From Lachnospiraceae bacterium oral taxon 500 (GTDB lineage: Bacteria; Bacillota; Clostridia; Lachnospirales; Vallitaleaceae), in the NCBI GenBank assembly GCA_002999035.1, contig CP027241.1, positions 2,392,195 to 2,432,194 on the forward strand: 40,000 nucleotides of DNA, given 5' to 3'. The notes below the pieces were generated by a model, which saw only the letters and a program-made list of their open reading frames with translations, searched no databases and was not told the DNA's origin. A program made the translations under genes and the position numbers. Positions 8,491-17,572 of the stretch are shown here, piece by piece (position 1 is the stretch's first letter; each line of letters begins with the position of its first letter).

Positions 8491-8899
8491 TCATTTCCAC
8501 CTCCTTACTTCCCAAGTCTGTAACAAGTCGAAACTTGATATACAGCGTATCCTTTTCTTGAGTTACATCCAAATCTTCAATTCCTGTTATGTGCTCATTT
8601 TCCAATAAGCACTCCTCCATATACCGCCTACACTCGCTCTGTATAAATTCCTCGCTGTAAGAGCCTCCGATGAGCTCATACACTTCATTACCGTACCCCC
8701 AGCTATAAATAAGCCAGCGGTATCTTTTTGCCTTAAGAGCTAAGTAAGCCCATACACAGAGAGCATCTACCCCCTCTACTATTTTCCCTGTGAGCCGATT
8801 ATTCTTAAAATCAATCTCATACTCTCTAATAGAGGAGGCTGTTACCTCTGGCGTAATGAGCTCAAGCTCCGCATCTGTTGCGAATGGGAATAAACTCAT
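8483..8899 (-). CDS. Baseplate protein, XkdS-like (DUF2634)
   Basis: 138 aa. Motifs: EYEIDFKNNRLTGKIVEGVDALCVWAYLALKAKRYRWLIYSWGYGNE. Confidence 0.7.
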   Translation of the reverse strand: MSLFPFATDAELELITPEVTASSIREYEIDFKNNRLTGKIVEGVDALCVWAYLALKAKRYRWLIYSWGYGNEVYELIGGSYSEEFIQSECRRYMEECLLENEHITGIEDLDVTQEKDTLYIKFRLVTDLGSKEVEMNV

Positions 8900-8900
8900 A

Positions 8901-9308
8901 TCACACCTCCACCACTCTCGCCAAAATTACAAATTTATTAGTATTCTCCAGCTTTTGTACCGCTACCAGATCCCCCTTTTTAAGTCCGTCTGAAAAAACT
9001 ATCTGGCTCTGAGTACTTACCTGCGTATCTGGATCCGAATATACCCCCTCCGGGCTTACCGTTCCGAATGGATCGCTTTGAGTGGTATCTACCGTTACTC
9101 CAGATACATAAGGCACTTTAATTTTTCTCGTATAGCCTGCCACCAGATGATCCGCTATATATAAATCCTCCGCATTAAGCACCAAATCATCCACTTTTAC
9201 GCTATTAGCACTCTGCATAATGCCAAGCTGGAGAGTTACTGGATTATCTTTAGCCCCCTGCGATCTCATCATTCCAAGCATTTCAGCAAAATAATGATCG
9301 CTTTCCAT
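8901..9308 (-). CDS. Baseplate spike/hub-associated protein, XkdR-like (DUF2577)
   Basis: Assigned by position and size. The track start at 9365 overlaps the upstream gene by 43 nt. The internal ATG at 9308 (MESDHYFAEMLGMMR) lies downstream of the upstream stop, so it is preferred. The exact start remains uncertain. Confidence 0.55.
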   Translation of the reverse strand: MESDHYFAEMLGMMRSQGAKDNPVTLQLGIMQSANSVKVDDLVLNAEDLYIADHLVAGYTRKIKVPYVSGVTVDTTQSDPFGTVSPEGVYSDPDTQVSTQSQIVFSDGLKKGDLVAVQKLENTNKFVILARVVEV

Positions 9309-9322
9309 TCCGCTTTTATCCA

Positions 9323-10540
9323 CTAAGCCAGTATCTCCTTTCTGCTTGCATCTAATATCTTCCACCCGTTAGCTTTACCGTTATGAGATGAGTAGTAAGA
9401 GAGAGCCTGTGCGTAAGTCATAAAGCCCTCCATCTCCGTCCTCCAGTATTTATTGACTACCTCAAAAGGCGGATTAGTCTTAGATCCTACAGTAGGTGTA
9501 TAAGGCTTAGTAGGATCGTTTGCTTTTTCTCCTTTTTTCGTACTCTTAGAGGATTTTTCCTCTTTTTTCTGCTCTTTCGGAGGCTCTTGAGTCTTTTTCT
9601 CATCCATTAGAGCCTTAAGCGTTACGGTAAGTGTCATCGTGGCTACCCCGTCCGTCCAAGTATGCACATCACTATCAATCCACACTAACCCCTTAAGCCC
9701 TGTGGTACTGTCTTTTACGATAGCCCCTACTCCCGTTACCGCCTCATTGATATTTACACAGGTAAGGGTAAAAGTCTTTTCCACGCCCTTAAACATACTC
9801 TTAGCGGTAGTAGTAGGATCTTTTCCCTCCTCTTTCGTGTAAACCTGCTGAAAAATACCATACCTTTTAACCTCCGCATCGTTTTGTACCACGCTTGAAA
9901 GATTTCCTTTTCCATCGTATATTTTTACCTTATTTACCATATTGGTAAGTGTTTCCTTGTAGTTGGAGCTAAGGATATTACTATCCTCCGCTATCTCAAT
10001 CTCGCAAACCACCTTACCAACTTCCTCTACATTGAGTTTCCCCTTTTTAGCGGTTACTCTGTACTTTTTACCGTTCTTTTGAGATGCCTGCGTGTACGCC
10101 TGCATTATAATCTCGTAAATGCTTACATTTTGTACTATGAGCTTTTGATTAAGCCCTGTTACTGCAAGCTCTCCTGTCGGGATCTTTACATCCTCGCACA
10201 CCAGCTTAGCTATCGTTTCTGCCGATTTATCGGAAAAATTGTAGGTAGCCTTGCTTTTAAGTGTATAGAAAAGGAGGTCATACGCTACATAGGTTACTGC
10301 CCCTGCTACGCTGTTTGCCTCCCTGTCTACCACAAACCCCCTAAACCGTTCTGTTACCCCATCATCCTCATATAAGTAGATAGGATCGGCTAAGTCGATG
10401 ATTAAAGGCGTAATATTTTTATCCAGAGGAGCGTTGATTACTTTAATCCCCAGCTTTCTGGCTACCTCTGTTCTGGAGCCTCCCCAGCTAATGGAGCTTA
10501 CATAATCTGTAATATCCCTGTCTTTGTGTATTACAATCAC
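9323..10540 (-). CDS. Baseplate hub / late-control-D-like protein (XkdQ-like) with an extra C-terminal domain
   Basis: 405 aa with a GTG start and a GGAGG RBS. N-terminus is IVIHKDRDITDYVSSISWGGSRTEVARKL. The C-terminal ~95 aa are a Lys/Glu-rich linker plus a small domain, which are not expected in XkdQ. Confidence 0.7.
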   Translation of the reverse strand: MIVIHKDRDITDYVSSISWGGSRTEVARKLGIKVINAPLDKNITPLIIDLADPIYLYEDDGVTERFRGFVVDREANSVAGAVTYVAYDLLFYTLKSKATYNFSDKSAETIAKLVCEDVKIPTGELAVTGLNQKLIVQNVSIYEIIMQAYTQASQKNGKKYRVTAKKGKLNVEEVGKVVCEIEIAEDSNILSSNYKETLTNMVNKVKIYDGKGNLSSVVQNDAEVKRYGIFQQVYTKEEGKDPTTTAKSMFKGVEKTFTLTCVNINEAVTGVGAIVKDSTTGLKGLVWIDSDVHTWTDGVATMTLTVTLKALMDEKKTQEPPKEQKKEEKSSKSTKKGEKANDPTKPYTPTVGSKTNPPFEVVNKYWRTEMEGFMTYAQALSYYSSHNGKANGWKILDASRKEILA

Positions 10541-10553
10541 TCTAGCCGCCTCC

Positions 10554-11198
10554 TTAAGGGATAGTTAATACCTGCCCTGCAAATATTAGATTAGGATTTT
10601 TAATTTTGTCCTTATTGGCGTTCGCTATCTTAGGGTACTGTGATCCATTCCCGTAAAACTTCTTAGCAATCGCCCATAAACAATCCCCTCTCTGTACTGT
10701 ATATGTCCTTTTTGTAGTTCCTCCCTCCGCTTTTGGTGTAGGAGGTTTTACTGCCCTCGTTGTAGGTTTTACTGTAGAGGTTTTTTTAGCAATTTTTCTT
10801 ACCTTAACCTTTTTGTACTCCTTAAGATTGAGGGTATAGTATATATCCCCTGTACCGTCTTTCTGCCCCCAAGTGAAACTCTCGATCGTTGCCTCCATAT
10901 TGAGTAGTCCTGTGATGATTACTCTTATAGGCTTACCAGATCTCCTCCAGTACTCGATCCTGTTCACTAAGAGGATAGGAGCAATCTTAGAGCGGTTAAA
11001 ACTAAAATTATATGCCTTAGCTGGAAAAAAGGAGCTAAGAGATACCTCCCTCAGCCCCGTATTTCCTATTAGGTTAATATCCCCAACCTTAACCACATTT
11101 ACTACAGTATTCCTATGAGCTACAGTAACATTAAATTCTGAGGGCTTTACGGGGAGTTGAAACGCTCCCCATCTTCCCTGTTTTAGCCAAAATTCCAT
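10554..11198 (-). CDS. LysM-domain tail protein (XkdP-like)
   Basis: The C-terminal LysM is YTVQRGDCLWAIAKKFYGNGSQYPKIANANKDKIKNPNLIFAGQVLTIP. The preferred start is ATG 11198 (MEFWLK), 11 nt after AAGGAGG. The track GTG at 11210 sits inside the RBS. Confidence 0.85.
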   Translation of the reverse strand: MEFWLKQGRWGAFQLPVKPSEFNVTVAHRNTVVNVVKVGDINLIGNTGLREVSLSSFFPAKAYNFSFNRSKIAPILLVNRIEYWRRSGKPIRVIITGLLNMEATIESFTWGQKDGTGDIYYTLNLKEYKKVKVRKIAKKTSTVKPTTRAVKPPTPKAEGGTTKRTYTVQRGDCLWAIAKKFYGNGSQYPKIANANKDKIKNPNLIFAGQVLTIP

Positions 11199-11217
11199 AC
11201 TATAACCCACCTCCTTA

Positions 11218-13893
11218 CTAAGCTATGTTAGGTACCAGCTTACGGAATTTCTTAACCATATCCTCTACCACTTTATCCACATCCGCCTCTTTTTCGATTA
11301 CTACTGTATCCGCCAGCTTTTCGATATGGATATTATTCCCTGCTTTACTTACTTCCTTTACTTCCTCAGATTGTCCTGCACTTCCTAATCCTCCTGCATC
11401 CTTTACATTGAGCTTTTCCACAGGCTGTAACTCGTTGTTGAGTTTTACGCCTCTTGTACTTACGCTCCTATCGTATTGATCTGCTTGATTTCTTGTAAGG
11501 ACTTTCTCACCCTCGTGGAGTACTGCTGGGTAGTTATCATAAGGTACTCTATCTTTACCGTAGGCAAATCCGAAAAAATCCCCTACAGCTCCGATACCAT
11601 CGCCTATCCAACCCCCTACGGTACTAATACCATCTCCTACCGCTCCGACTACTCCTCCTACTGCGTTAACCGCATCTCCGATAAGTCCTAAGCCATCTGC
11701 TATCGCCCCAAATATAGGCTCTAATACTGCCCATACCGCCTCAACGGTAGCCTGTATAGCTGGGAATACTGCCTCTACCACTTTCCATAAGGCATCAAAT
11801 ACCGCCATAGCTAAGTCAACGATCGGAGAGATGATCTCCCACGATGCACTGAATATCTCAGCCATAATAGAAACCGCATCCTGTACGATCGGAGAAACAG
11901 TTTCAAATACCTGCTGGAGTAAATTCATCACAGGTACGATTACTACCTCGATTACCTCTGCCACCTTAGCTCCTACTGCCTCAAATACTGAGGAAATAGT
12001 AGGCATTACCGCCTCGATGATACCGGCTACAGTACTGATTACCTGCTCAACAATCGGCATCGCTGTTTGTACCACCGTTGCCAGAGCGTTAATAATCGGC
12101 ATCACTGCATTAAGAGCGGTAGAGATTACACTCGCTATAATCGGGAACACTGTAGATACAATGTTTCCAAAGATAGCTATGATATTCTGAATTACTGGGA
12201 AAAGTGTCTGTATTAAAGTTCCTAAAGTGGTAAGGATAGGCTGTATAGCGGGTACTGCTGTCTTAAAGACTTGAGATAAGCTAAGAATAATCTGCTTAAC
12301 TACTGGGATTGCACCCTTTACGATGTCGGCAAACCCTTTAACAAAGCCTCCTCCATCTCTAAACGCATCGCCTAAAGCATCCTGTACTACTGGGAATACT
12401 TCCTCAAACATTTCTCCTAACATCGCCACTACTGGTGCTATTGTCTTGATTACATTTGTGATAACAGGGATAAGCCCTTTCATCACACTTTTAGTCATTG
12501 AGATAGCGGATGTTATCGCTGTACCTAGCCCGTCAAAAGCCGGATCTACAAGCTCCGCAAGTTCAGCGGGTAGCATTGTCTTAAGTCCGTTTTTCAGAGC
12601 TGTTACACTTTTACCCCCCAGCTCTTTCATCTTAGGAGCACCCTTTTCAATCGCTACCCCTATCGCTGTCGGTAAGCTCTCAAAGATCCTACCAAGCATC
12701 GGAATAGCATTATCGAATAAGAATGTACTCGCACTGTCAATTACTGCCTCCATTGAGGCTGTTATATCTCCACCTAAAGCCAAGTTGCCTAAGAGGTTTT
12801 TTACGCTTGCTTTCATCATCGCAAAAGATCCAGAGAATGTAGAGCTCGCCTCTTTCGCTGTAGCTCCAGCTACTCCCAGATTGTCCTGTATTGCGTGAAT
12901 AGCACTATACACATCGGCTAAGTTACTAATATCGTACTTTACCCCTGTGAGCTTTTGAGCATCCTTGAGGAGCCTATCCATCTCCTCCTTAGTTCCTCCA
13001 TAACCCAGCTTGAGGTTATCCAGCATTGTATAATTTTGTTTCGCAAACCCTTGATATGCGGTCTGGATACTACTCATATCCGTACCGAATTTATTAGCAT
13101 TATCCGCCATATCAATAAGAGCCATATCTGCTATCTGAGCTGACTTAGCGGTATCCCCTCCTAAGCTCTGTAAAAGAGACGCACTAAAGCTCGTTACGGT
13201 TTCCATATACTCATTAGCGGAGAGCCCTGCGGTCATAAATGCTTTATCTGCATTTGCCATTACCAGCCCTGCATCCGCCTTAAAGAGAGTTTCTACACCG
13301 CCTATACTTTGCTCTAAGCTGGCTCCCTGTGTAAGAGCTCCTCCCGCAAGGGCTGTAAGTCCTGCCCCTGCAAGTCCGATCCCGATCGTTATCCCCTTTG
13401 CTAAGCTGGATAATATTCCAGAGATTTTAGACAACCCTGCGGTAGCTCCGTCCTTTATTGCCACCGTTGCCTTTGCTGTCATAGAACCTATGCTTTTTAA
13501 CCCGCCCTTTATGTGGTTAATCATCGCTGTAGCTCCGTCCCTAATGACTACAAACGGTTTAGCTACGGTCTTTCCTACCGTTTTCAGTGTATCCTTAACC
13601 CTTCGTAATATCGGGCTCGCTCTGTCTTTAATAGCCACAAAAGGCTTAGATACTGTATTTCCCACAGTTCTAAGCCTTTCCTTGACTTTCATTATTTTTC
13701 TGGTAGCTAAGTCTTTTAACTTCACATAAGGATATACCACCGTTTTACCAACGGACTTTAACCCTTTGATGCTGGAGTTAGTCCTATCCACCTGCTCCGA
13801 AAACTCCCGCTGTAGCTTGAGGTTTCGTTGTAGAGTGGCAAACATATTGTCTTTAAGGCTCAGCTTAGCACCAAACTCCATCATTTCTGCCAC
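11218..13893 (-). CDS. Tail tape measure protein
   Basis: 891 aa, the largest ORF. It is helical and low-complexity with internal repeats, and it lies downstream of the chaperone pair. No lysozyme or peptidase domain was recognised. Confidence 0.9.
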   Translation of the reverse strand: MAEMMEFGAKLSLKDNMFATLQRNLKLQREFSEQVDRTNSSIKGLKSVGKTVVYPYVKLKDLATRKIMKVKERLRTVGNTVSKPFVAIKDRASPILRRVKDTLKTVGKTVAKPFVVIRDGATAMINHIKGGLKSIGSMTAKATVAIKDGATAGLSKISGILSSLAKGITIGIGLAGAGLTALAGGALTQGASLEQSIGGVETLFKADAGLVMANADKAFMTAGLSANEYMETVTSFSASLLQSLGGDTAKSAQIADMALIDMADNANKFGTDMSSIQTAYQGFAKQNYTMLDNLKLGYGGTKEEMDRLLKDAQKLTGVKYDISNLADVYSAIHAIQDNLGVAGATAKEASSTFSGSFAMMKASVKNLLGNLALGGDITASMEAVIDSASTFLFDNAIPMLGRIFESLPTAIGVAIEKGAPKMKELGGKSVTALKNGLKTMLPAELAELVDPAFDGLGTAITSAISMTKSVMKGLIPVITNVIKTIAPVVAMLGEMFEEVFPVVQDALGDAFRDGGGFVKGFADIVKGAIPVVKQIILSLSQVFKTAVPAIQPILTTLGTLIQTLFPVIQNIIAIFGNIVSTVFPIIASVISTALNAVMPIINALATVVQTAMPIVEQVISTVAGIIEAVMPTISSVFEAVGAKVAEVIEVVIVPVMNLLQQVFETVSPIVQDAVSIMAEIFSASWEIISPIVDLAMAVFDALWKVVEAVFPAIQATVEAVWAVLEPIFGAIADGLGLIGDAVNAVGGVVGAVGDGISTVGGWIGDGIGAVGDFFGFAYGKDRVPYDNYPAVLHEGEKVLTRNQADQYDRSVSTRGVKLNNELQPVEKLNVKDAGGLGSAGQSEEVKEVSKAGNNIHIEKLADTVVIEKEADVDKVVEDMVKKFRKLVPNIA

Positions 13894-13897
13894 CTCC

Positions 13898-14601
13898 TTA
13901 GATAATAGCTACTGGAGTTACTCCTTTATTTTCCGTCTTTTTAATAAGTTCGTTATGCTCTTCAATCTCTTTTTCAAAAAAGGCTTGAATTACTGTGAGC
14001 TCTCCCTTTTGCATACTGTAAAAAACGGACGGGCGTACTCTACCATTTTTCCAGTAGTAGTACATCATCTGAGCCAGCCCGTCCGTTTCGATTAGTTTTT
14101 TACAGATTTTACCGCATTATCCCCAAATCCAGAGAGATCAGAGATTACCTTGTAGATGTTAGTCATCTCCCCAGAGAGGAGCAACTTTCTTACCAGCTCT
14201 TTCGGAGTAGGTACCTTGAATTTTGCCATCAAGTCCTTATTCTTAAAGAGTGGCTTTCCGTCATCATCCAGAGCACTCTCAAGAACAGCAAGCGTCTGTA
14301 AGAGTGAGAGCTCAATGTCTGCATCCTTACCCTTAATAGATACCGCCATATCCTGTACCGCCTCAAATTTATCTGGAGATAAGGCTGAGAGCGTAATCAC
14401 GAATGGGGATCCATATATCTCACTAAGACGGATTACCTCTACCTTAGTGGTAGGGAGCTTGATTTCTCCTACATCAGAGCCCAGCAAAAGATCCAGAATG
14501 TTTACCGCCTGCTTTTGCTCTGCTACCCCCTCTATTGCTACTGCTGCCTCCCTGTCTACCTCAATTTCCTTAACTTCATTTGTGATAATGTTATTTTCCA
14601 T
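13898..14601 (-). CDS. Tail assembly chaperone, predicted -1 frameshift fusion product (about 234 aa)
   Basis: The zero frame ends GTA AAA AAC TAA. The -1 frame continues CTA ATC GAA ACG ... ATG ATG TAC TAC TAC TGG ... for 65 codons, to TAA at 13900..13898, just before the tape measure ATG. The extension reads ...LIETDGLAQMMYYYWKNGRVRPSVFYSMQKGELTVIQAFFEKEIEEHNELIKKTENKGVTPVAII. Confidence 0.6.
14092..14601 (-). CDS. Tail assembly chaperone (XkdN-like), zero-frame product
   Basis: 169 aa, acidic, between the tube and tape measure genes. RBS AGGAGG. Confidence 0.75.
   Translation of the reverse strand: MENNIITNEVKEIEVDREAAVAIEGVAEQKQAVNILDLLLGSDVGEIKLPTTKVEVIRLSEIYGSPFVITLSALSPDKFEAVQDMAVSIKGKDADIELSLLQTLAVLESALDDDGKPLFKNKDLMAKFKVPTPKELVRKLLLSGEMTNIYKVISDLSGFGDNAVKSVKN
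14095..14101 (-). promoter_or_regulatory. Slippery heptamer A_AAA_AAC (programmed -1 ribosomal frameshift site)
   Basis: This is an X_XXY_YYZ heptamer in the correct zero-frame phase. It occupies the last two sense codons of the chaperone ORF. Confidence 0.6.
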
Positions 14602-14630
14602 TGTTATATCCTCCTAATTTTTTTTTCAGA

Positions 14631-14665
14631 ATAAAAAAGACGGAGAGTTTTTACGCTCCCCGTCC
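14631..14665 (-). terminator. Intrinsic terminator/attenuator between the tube and chaperone genes
   Basis: The minus strand reads GACGGGGAG-CGTAAAAA-CTCTCCGTC followed by TTTTTTATT. The stem is 9 bp with one G-U pair. Confidence 0.6.
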
Positions 14666-14692
14666 TCTACTTAATCTCTTTGTATGCTCGGC

Positions 14693-15127
14693 TTAGCGGG
14701 GAGCGATCTCGTCTAAATACTCATAGTCCGTAAATGTAAACGGAGCCTCAGTTTCCAGAGGTTTCTGAGCCTCCCAGTCAAACAGAGTAAGATCGTCAAA
14801 CTGTACTCCAGTTACAGCCACTCTCTCCGTACCGTAAGCATCTGGATCCGCTACCTTACTAATGAGGGTAAAGCGAACATCCTTTTTATCCTTTACCATT
14901 CCAGAGATCTTTTTAGCCATTCTGGAGTTGACTTTATACATCGTAAGAGATCCCGTACCCTTGCCCCCTACGATCTTGTTATCGGTCATAAAGATACCGC
15001 ACTGTTTGATCTCCTCTTTGATAAACTCAATCTTTGCCTGTGCCTTACGGCACTCAGCTACATAATCTCCGTCCAGCCAAAGTTCTCCGAATGTACCGTT
15101 TAATATTCTTTTGGTTTCTACAGCCAT
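14693..15127 (-). CDS. Tail tube protein (XkdM-like)
   Basis: 144 aa. Sequence: ETKRILNGTFGELWLDGDYVAECRKAQAKIEF...GGKGTGSLTMYKVNSRM. It lies directly after the sheath gene. Confidence 0.8.
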   Translation of the reverse strand: MAVETKRILNGTFGELWLDGDYVAECRKAQAKIEFIKEEIKQCGIFMTDNKIVGGKGTGSLTMYKVNSRMAKKISGMVKDKKDVRFTLISKVADPDAYGTERVAVTGVQFDDLTLFDWEAQKPLETEAPFTFTDYEYLDEIAPR

Positions 15128-15141
15128 CTGTTATCCCTCCT

Positions 15142-16242
15142 TTATTCCTTGTTAATGAAAATGTCAACATCTTCAATGGCATCAAGGATACTGATCTTAC
15201 CTTTGAGGAATACTCTTGAGCCTGTGTTAGCCTCTTTGATAGCCTGCTCATCCATCTCTGAGGTGTCTACCCCGATACTCTCCAGATACAGCTTTTGTTT
15301 AGCTACATTGATCTCTACTGTAGAGCTATCTGCCTTGAGATACCCCCTACCTCCCTCTGTTGCCTCTAAGCCCTTGAGGTAGCCTTTAATAGCTGTAATC
15401 AGCAAGCACTTATTATCGTAACTGTTAGAATAGTTGCCGATATAGTACCTATTGATCGTGCTGTAGATGTCGGTTTCAATGAGATCTTGAATAGCAAGGA
15501 TCTTAATCTTCTTAAGATCTTCCGTATCCATTTCCGCTACTGAGGTAAGGGAGTTTACTCCTCTTGCAATAACAATACGCTCTCCATCATTATAGAGAGT
15601 GAGATGTCCTGCATCAATAGCGGTATCTACTTCCTCCTCGTCTGCTACTGGTATTCCAGTAACCTCATCCAAAGGCTTGAATGTACTGGATAATCTAAGG
15701 TCTAATCCTGCGATCAAGCCTGCGATCCTGCTACAGTACTCGCCCTCAGTAAACTTTTTCTCCCCTACTTCAATCTTATCGCTTGAGGTAGCATTTACTA
15801 CCTTAAAGCTGATAACGCCTTTTTCGTTAGCCACCGTGTTGGGGAGTACTGCTACAGGTCTTCGGGCTGTCTTTTTCCTCGTGTCCTTAATCCAAGTAGT
15901 AAACGCTGTAACATCCTGCGTGGAAATGTCTGGAGCACCACAGAGATAATTTACTTTTACTGTACCAAAGTACTTAAAAGCCTCTTGATAGTTCTCCGCA
16001 CTTGCCGGCAAGGTATATACAATTACCTTACTCGGAGCCCCTAAGAATACCCTTTCCAGAAAAGCGGTATTGGTTGCATTAAAGGCACTGCTACCAGTCG
16101 GAATATCCTCCACCCCTCTAAGCACCATAGCTCCTCTGTTTTTAGCATCCTTGAGGATAATGCCTACAACCCCCAGAGTACCACTCTGAATGGCTACAAC
16201 GGCTTTCTTTGAAAACTCAATTACAATATCTGGTAAGCCCAT
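15142..16242 (-). CDS. Contractile tail sheath protein (XkdK-like)
   Basis: 366 aa. The N-terminus MGLPDIVIEFSKKAVVAIQSGTLGVVGIILKD is typical of sheath proteins from clostridial and PBSX-like myophages. Confidence 0.8.
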   Translation of the reverse strand: MGLPDIVIEFSKKAVVAIQSGTLGVVGIILKDAKNRGAMVLRGVEDIPTGSSAFNATNTAFLERVFLGAPSKVIVYTLPASAENYQEAFKYFGTVKVNYLCGAPDISTQDVTAFTTWIKDTRKKTARRPVAVLPNTVANEKGVISFKVVNATSSDKIEVGEKKFTEGEYCSRIAGLIAGLDLRLSSTFKPLDEVTGIPVADEEEVDTAIDAGHLTLYNDGERIVIARGVNSLTSVAEMDTEDLKKIKILAIQDLIETDIYSTINRYYIGNYSNSYDNKCLLITAIKGYLKGLEATEGGRGYLKADSSTVEINVAKQKLYLESIGVDTSEMDEQAIKEANTGSRVFLKGKISILDAIEDVDIFINKE

Positions 16243-16256
16243 AATTGTATCCTCCT

Positions 16257-16727
16257 TTACTTCGTTTTAATTGTTTCTAAATCAACCTCTCCCACAGGGT
16301 CGCTGTTATCCACATTAGGAACGCTCTCCGTAAAGCTGAGAGTTAGCTTAGTGTATAAAGCCCCCTCGCTCAGCCTTACCTCATCGGAATAGGTCTGTAT
16401 CTTCGCATACCGATCTTTTTCCTTTACTCCCTCCAGAGGTACTACTGGGATAGCCAACCGCAATAAAAAAAGAGCCTTTAGCTCTCCTCTCATCTTGTAT
16501 AGGTTTTCCGCAAGTACTTGATGTACCTCGTTCAACTTACCAAAGTAAACAATCTGGAATATCGGACTTTCTTCGTATATGTTACGGTTTTTTATACTAC
16601 TACCGTCTGTAGCCAGCGTGACTAAGAAACTATCACGCTCAAAATTTTTCGGCATCTCCTGTATATGGACTGGCACGCCAGCATAATTATCGGAGAGTAC
16701 CTTACATACACTATCTAATAGTCGCAT
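16257..16727 (-). CDS. Tail completion / tail terminator-position protein (XkdJ-like position)
   Basis: 156 aa. The assignment rests on position only, between the gp10-like gene and the sheath. Confidence 0.4.
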   Translation of the reverse strand: MRLLDSVCKVLSDNYAGVPVHIQEMPKNFERDSFLVTLATDGSSIKNRNIYEESPIFQIVYFGKLNEVHQVLAENLYKMRGELKALFLLRLAIPVVPLEGVKEKDRYAKIQTYSDEVRLSEGALYTKLTLSFTESVPNVDNSDPVGEVDLETIKTK

Positions 16728-16728
16728 C

Positions 16729-17208
16729 CTATAAGTTACCTCCCTCTACCTCTCTGGCAATTTGTACCATAAAGCTGTTAATTAGCCTCTCAAGGCGTGG
16801 CTTAGCACTCTGCATACCTTTCTCCATAAAAAAGGCTCCCTCAATGTACTTCTCTTTAAGCATAATTCCCTTTTGGTTATTATTCTTTAAGTACTTTGTC
16901 TTTCCGCCAACTGTGAGCCTATTTGCAGGTAAAAATCTTTTGCGCTGGACATGTCCGTCATTTACATACAAACCGTACTCTACGTTAGTACCTACCTCTA
17001 TATAATCTTGAGGTATTCCTTCTCCAAACACAAAAATATTATCTACCAGCCTTGATGTATCTACAGGTACATTAGGGATTATTTCGCTATGATAGATATT
17101 ACCCATTCTTTCAAGTAGTACTCTCTTTTTATCTGCCCACTTATCAACTAATCCTGAAAATTTCTTCACAAAATCTGCCCAGCCCTCAATCGTAAATCCA
17201 TCTTCCAC
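16729..17208 (-). CDS. HK97 gp10-family neck/tail-completion protein
   Basis: 159 aa, GTG start, RBS GGAGGTG. Position and the N-terminal pattern (FTIEGWADFVKKFSGL..) fit the family. Confidence 0.6.
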   Translation of the reverse strand: MEDGFTIEGWADFVKKFSGLVDKWADKKRVLLERMGNIYHSEIIPNVPVDTSRLVDNIFVFGEGIPQDYIEVGTNVEYGLYVNDGHVQRKRFLPANRLTVGGKTKYLKNNNQKGIMLKEKYIEGAFFMEKGMQSAKPRLERLINSFMVQIAREVEGGNL

Positions 17209-17210
17209 TA

Positions 17211-17558
17211 TTACACCTCCTCAGTGTTGAGGAGAGGTACTATAAGTTGGGTACGCTTTTGGTAAGGCTTTCCCGCTGCCGTTTTGTACTCACTCTCCAT
17301 AATTGGATTACCATATTCGTCCAAAGTATAGATATAAAGCACATCACCAATTTCAATATTTGCCTCTGGATAAGTATAAAGGTTTATTTCTTCTGCGTTT
17401 ACTTTCTGAGGCTGTCTTTGAGCTACTACGGAGCTCGTTTTGGCTATATGGCACTCGTACCTCGCCACATCCTCTAAAGAGTTCTGCGGTCTATTATACT
17501 TTCCAAGTGTAGAGAAGTAGCGTTTTACGATTACCAGCCTATCATATATAAACTGCAT
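17211..17558 (-). CDS. Head closure / head-tail adaptor protein
   Basis: The preferred start is ATG 17558 (MQFIYDRL), 9 nt after AGGAGG. The track GTG at 17576 includes the RBS. Position follows the gp6-like connector. Confidence 0.55.
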   Translation of the reverse strand: MQFIYDRLVIVKRYFSTLGKYNRPQNSLEDVARYECHIAKTSSVVAQRQPQKVNAEEINLYTYPEANIEIGDVLYIYTLDEYGNPIMESEYKTAAGKPYQKRTQLIVPLLNTEEV

Positions 17559-17572
17559 CTCCACCGCCCTCC

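Noticed and set aside
12323-12898. Long plus-strand ORFs, for example 12323..12898 (191 aa), 18600..19133 (177 aa) and 14156..14617 (153 aa), plus the other + strand entries in the track
   Set aside because: All lie antisense to well-supported minus-strand genes. Their products are low-complexity and rich in S/L/P/I. They lack RBS motifs and have no recognisable domains. They are typical shadow ORFs.
11218-13893. Lytic (lysozyme/peptidase) domain inside the tape measure protein
   Set aside because: No SLT, M23, NlpC/P60 or lysozyme motif is visible. The sequence is helical repeats throughout.
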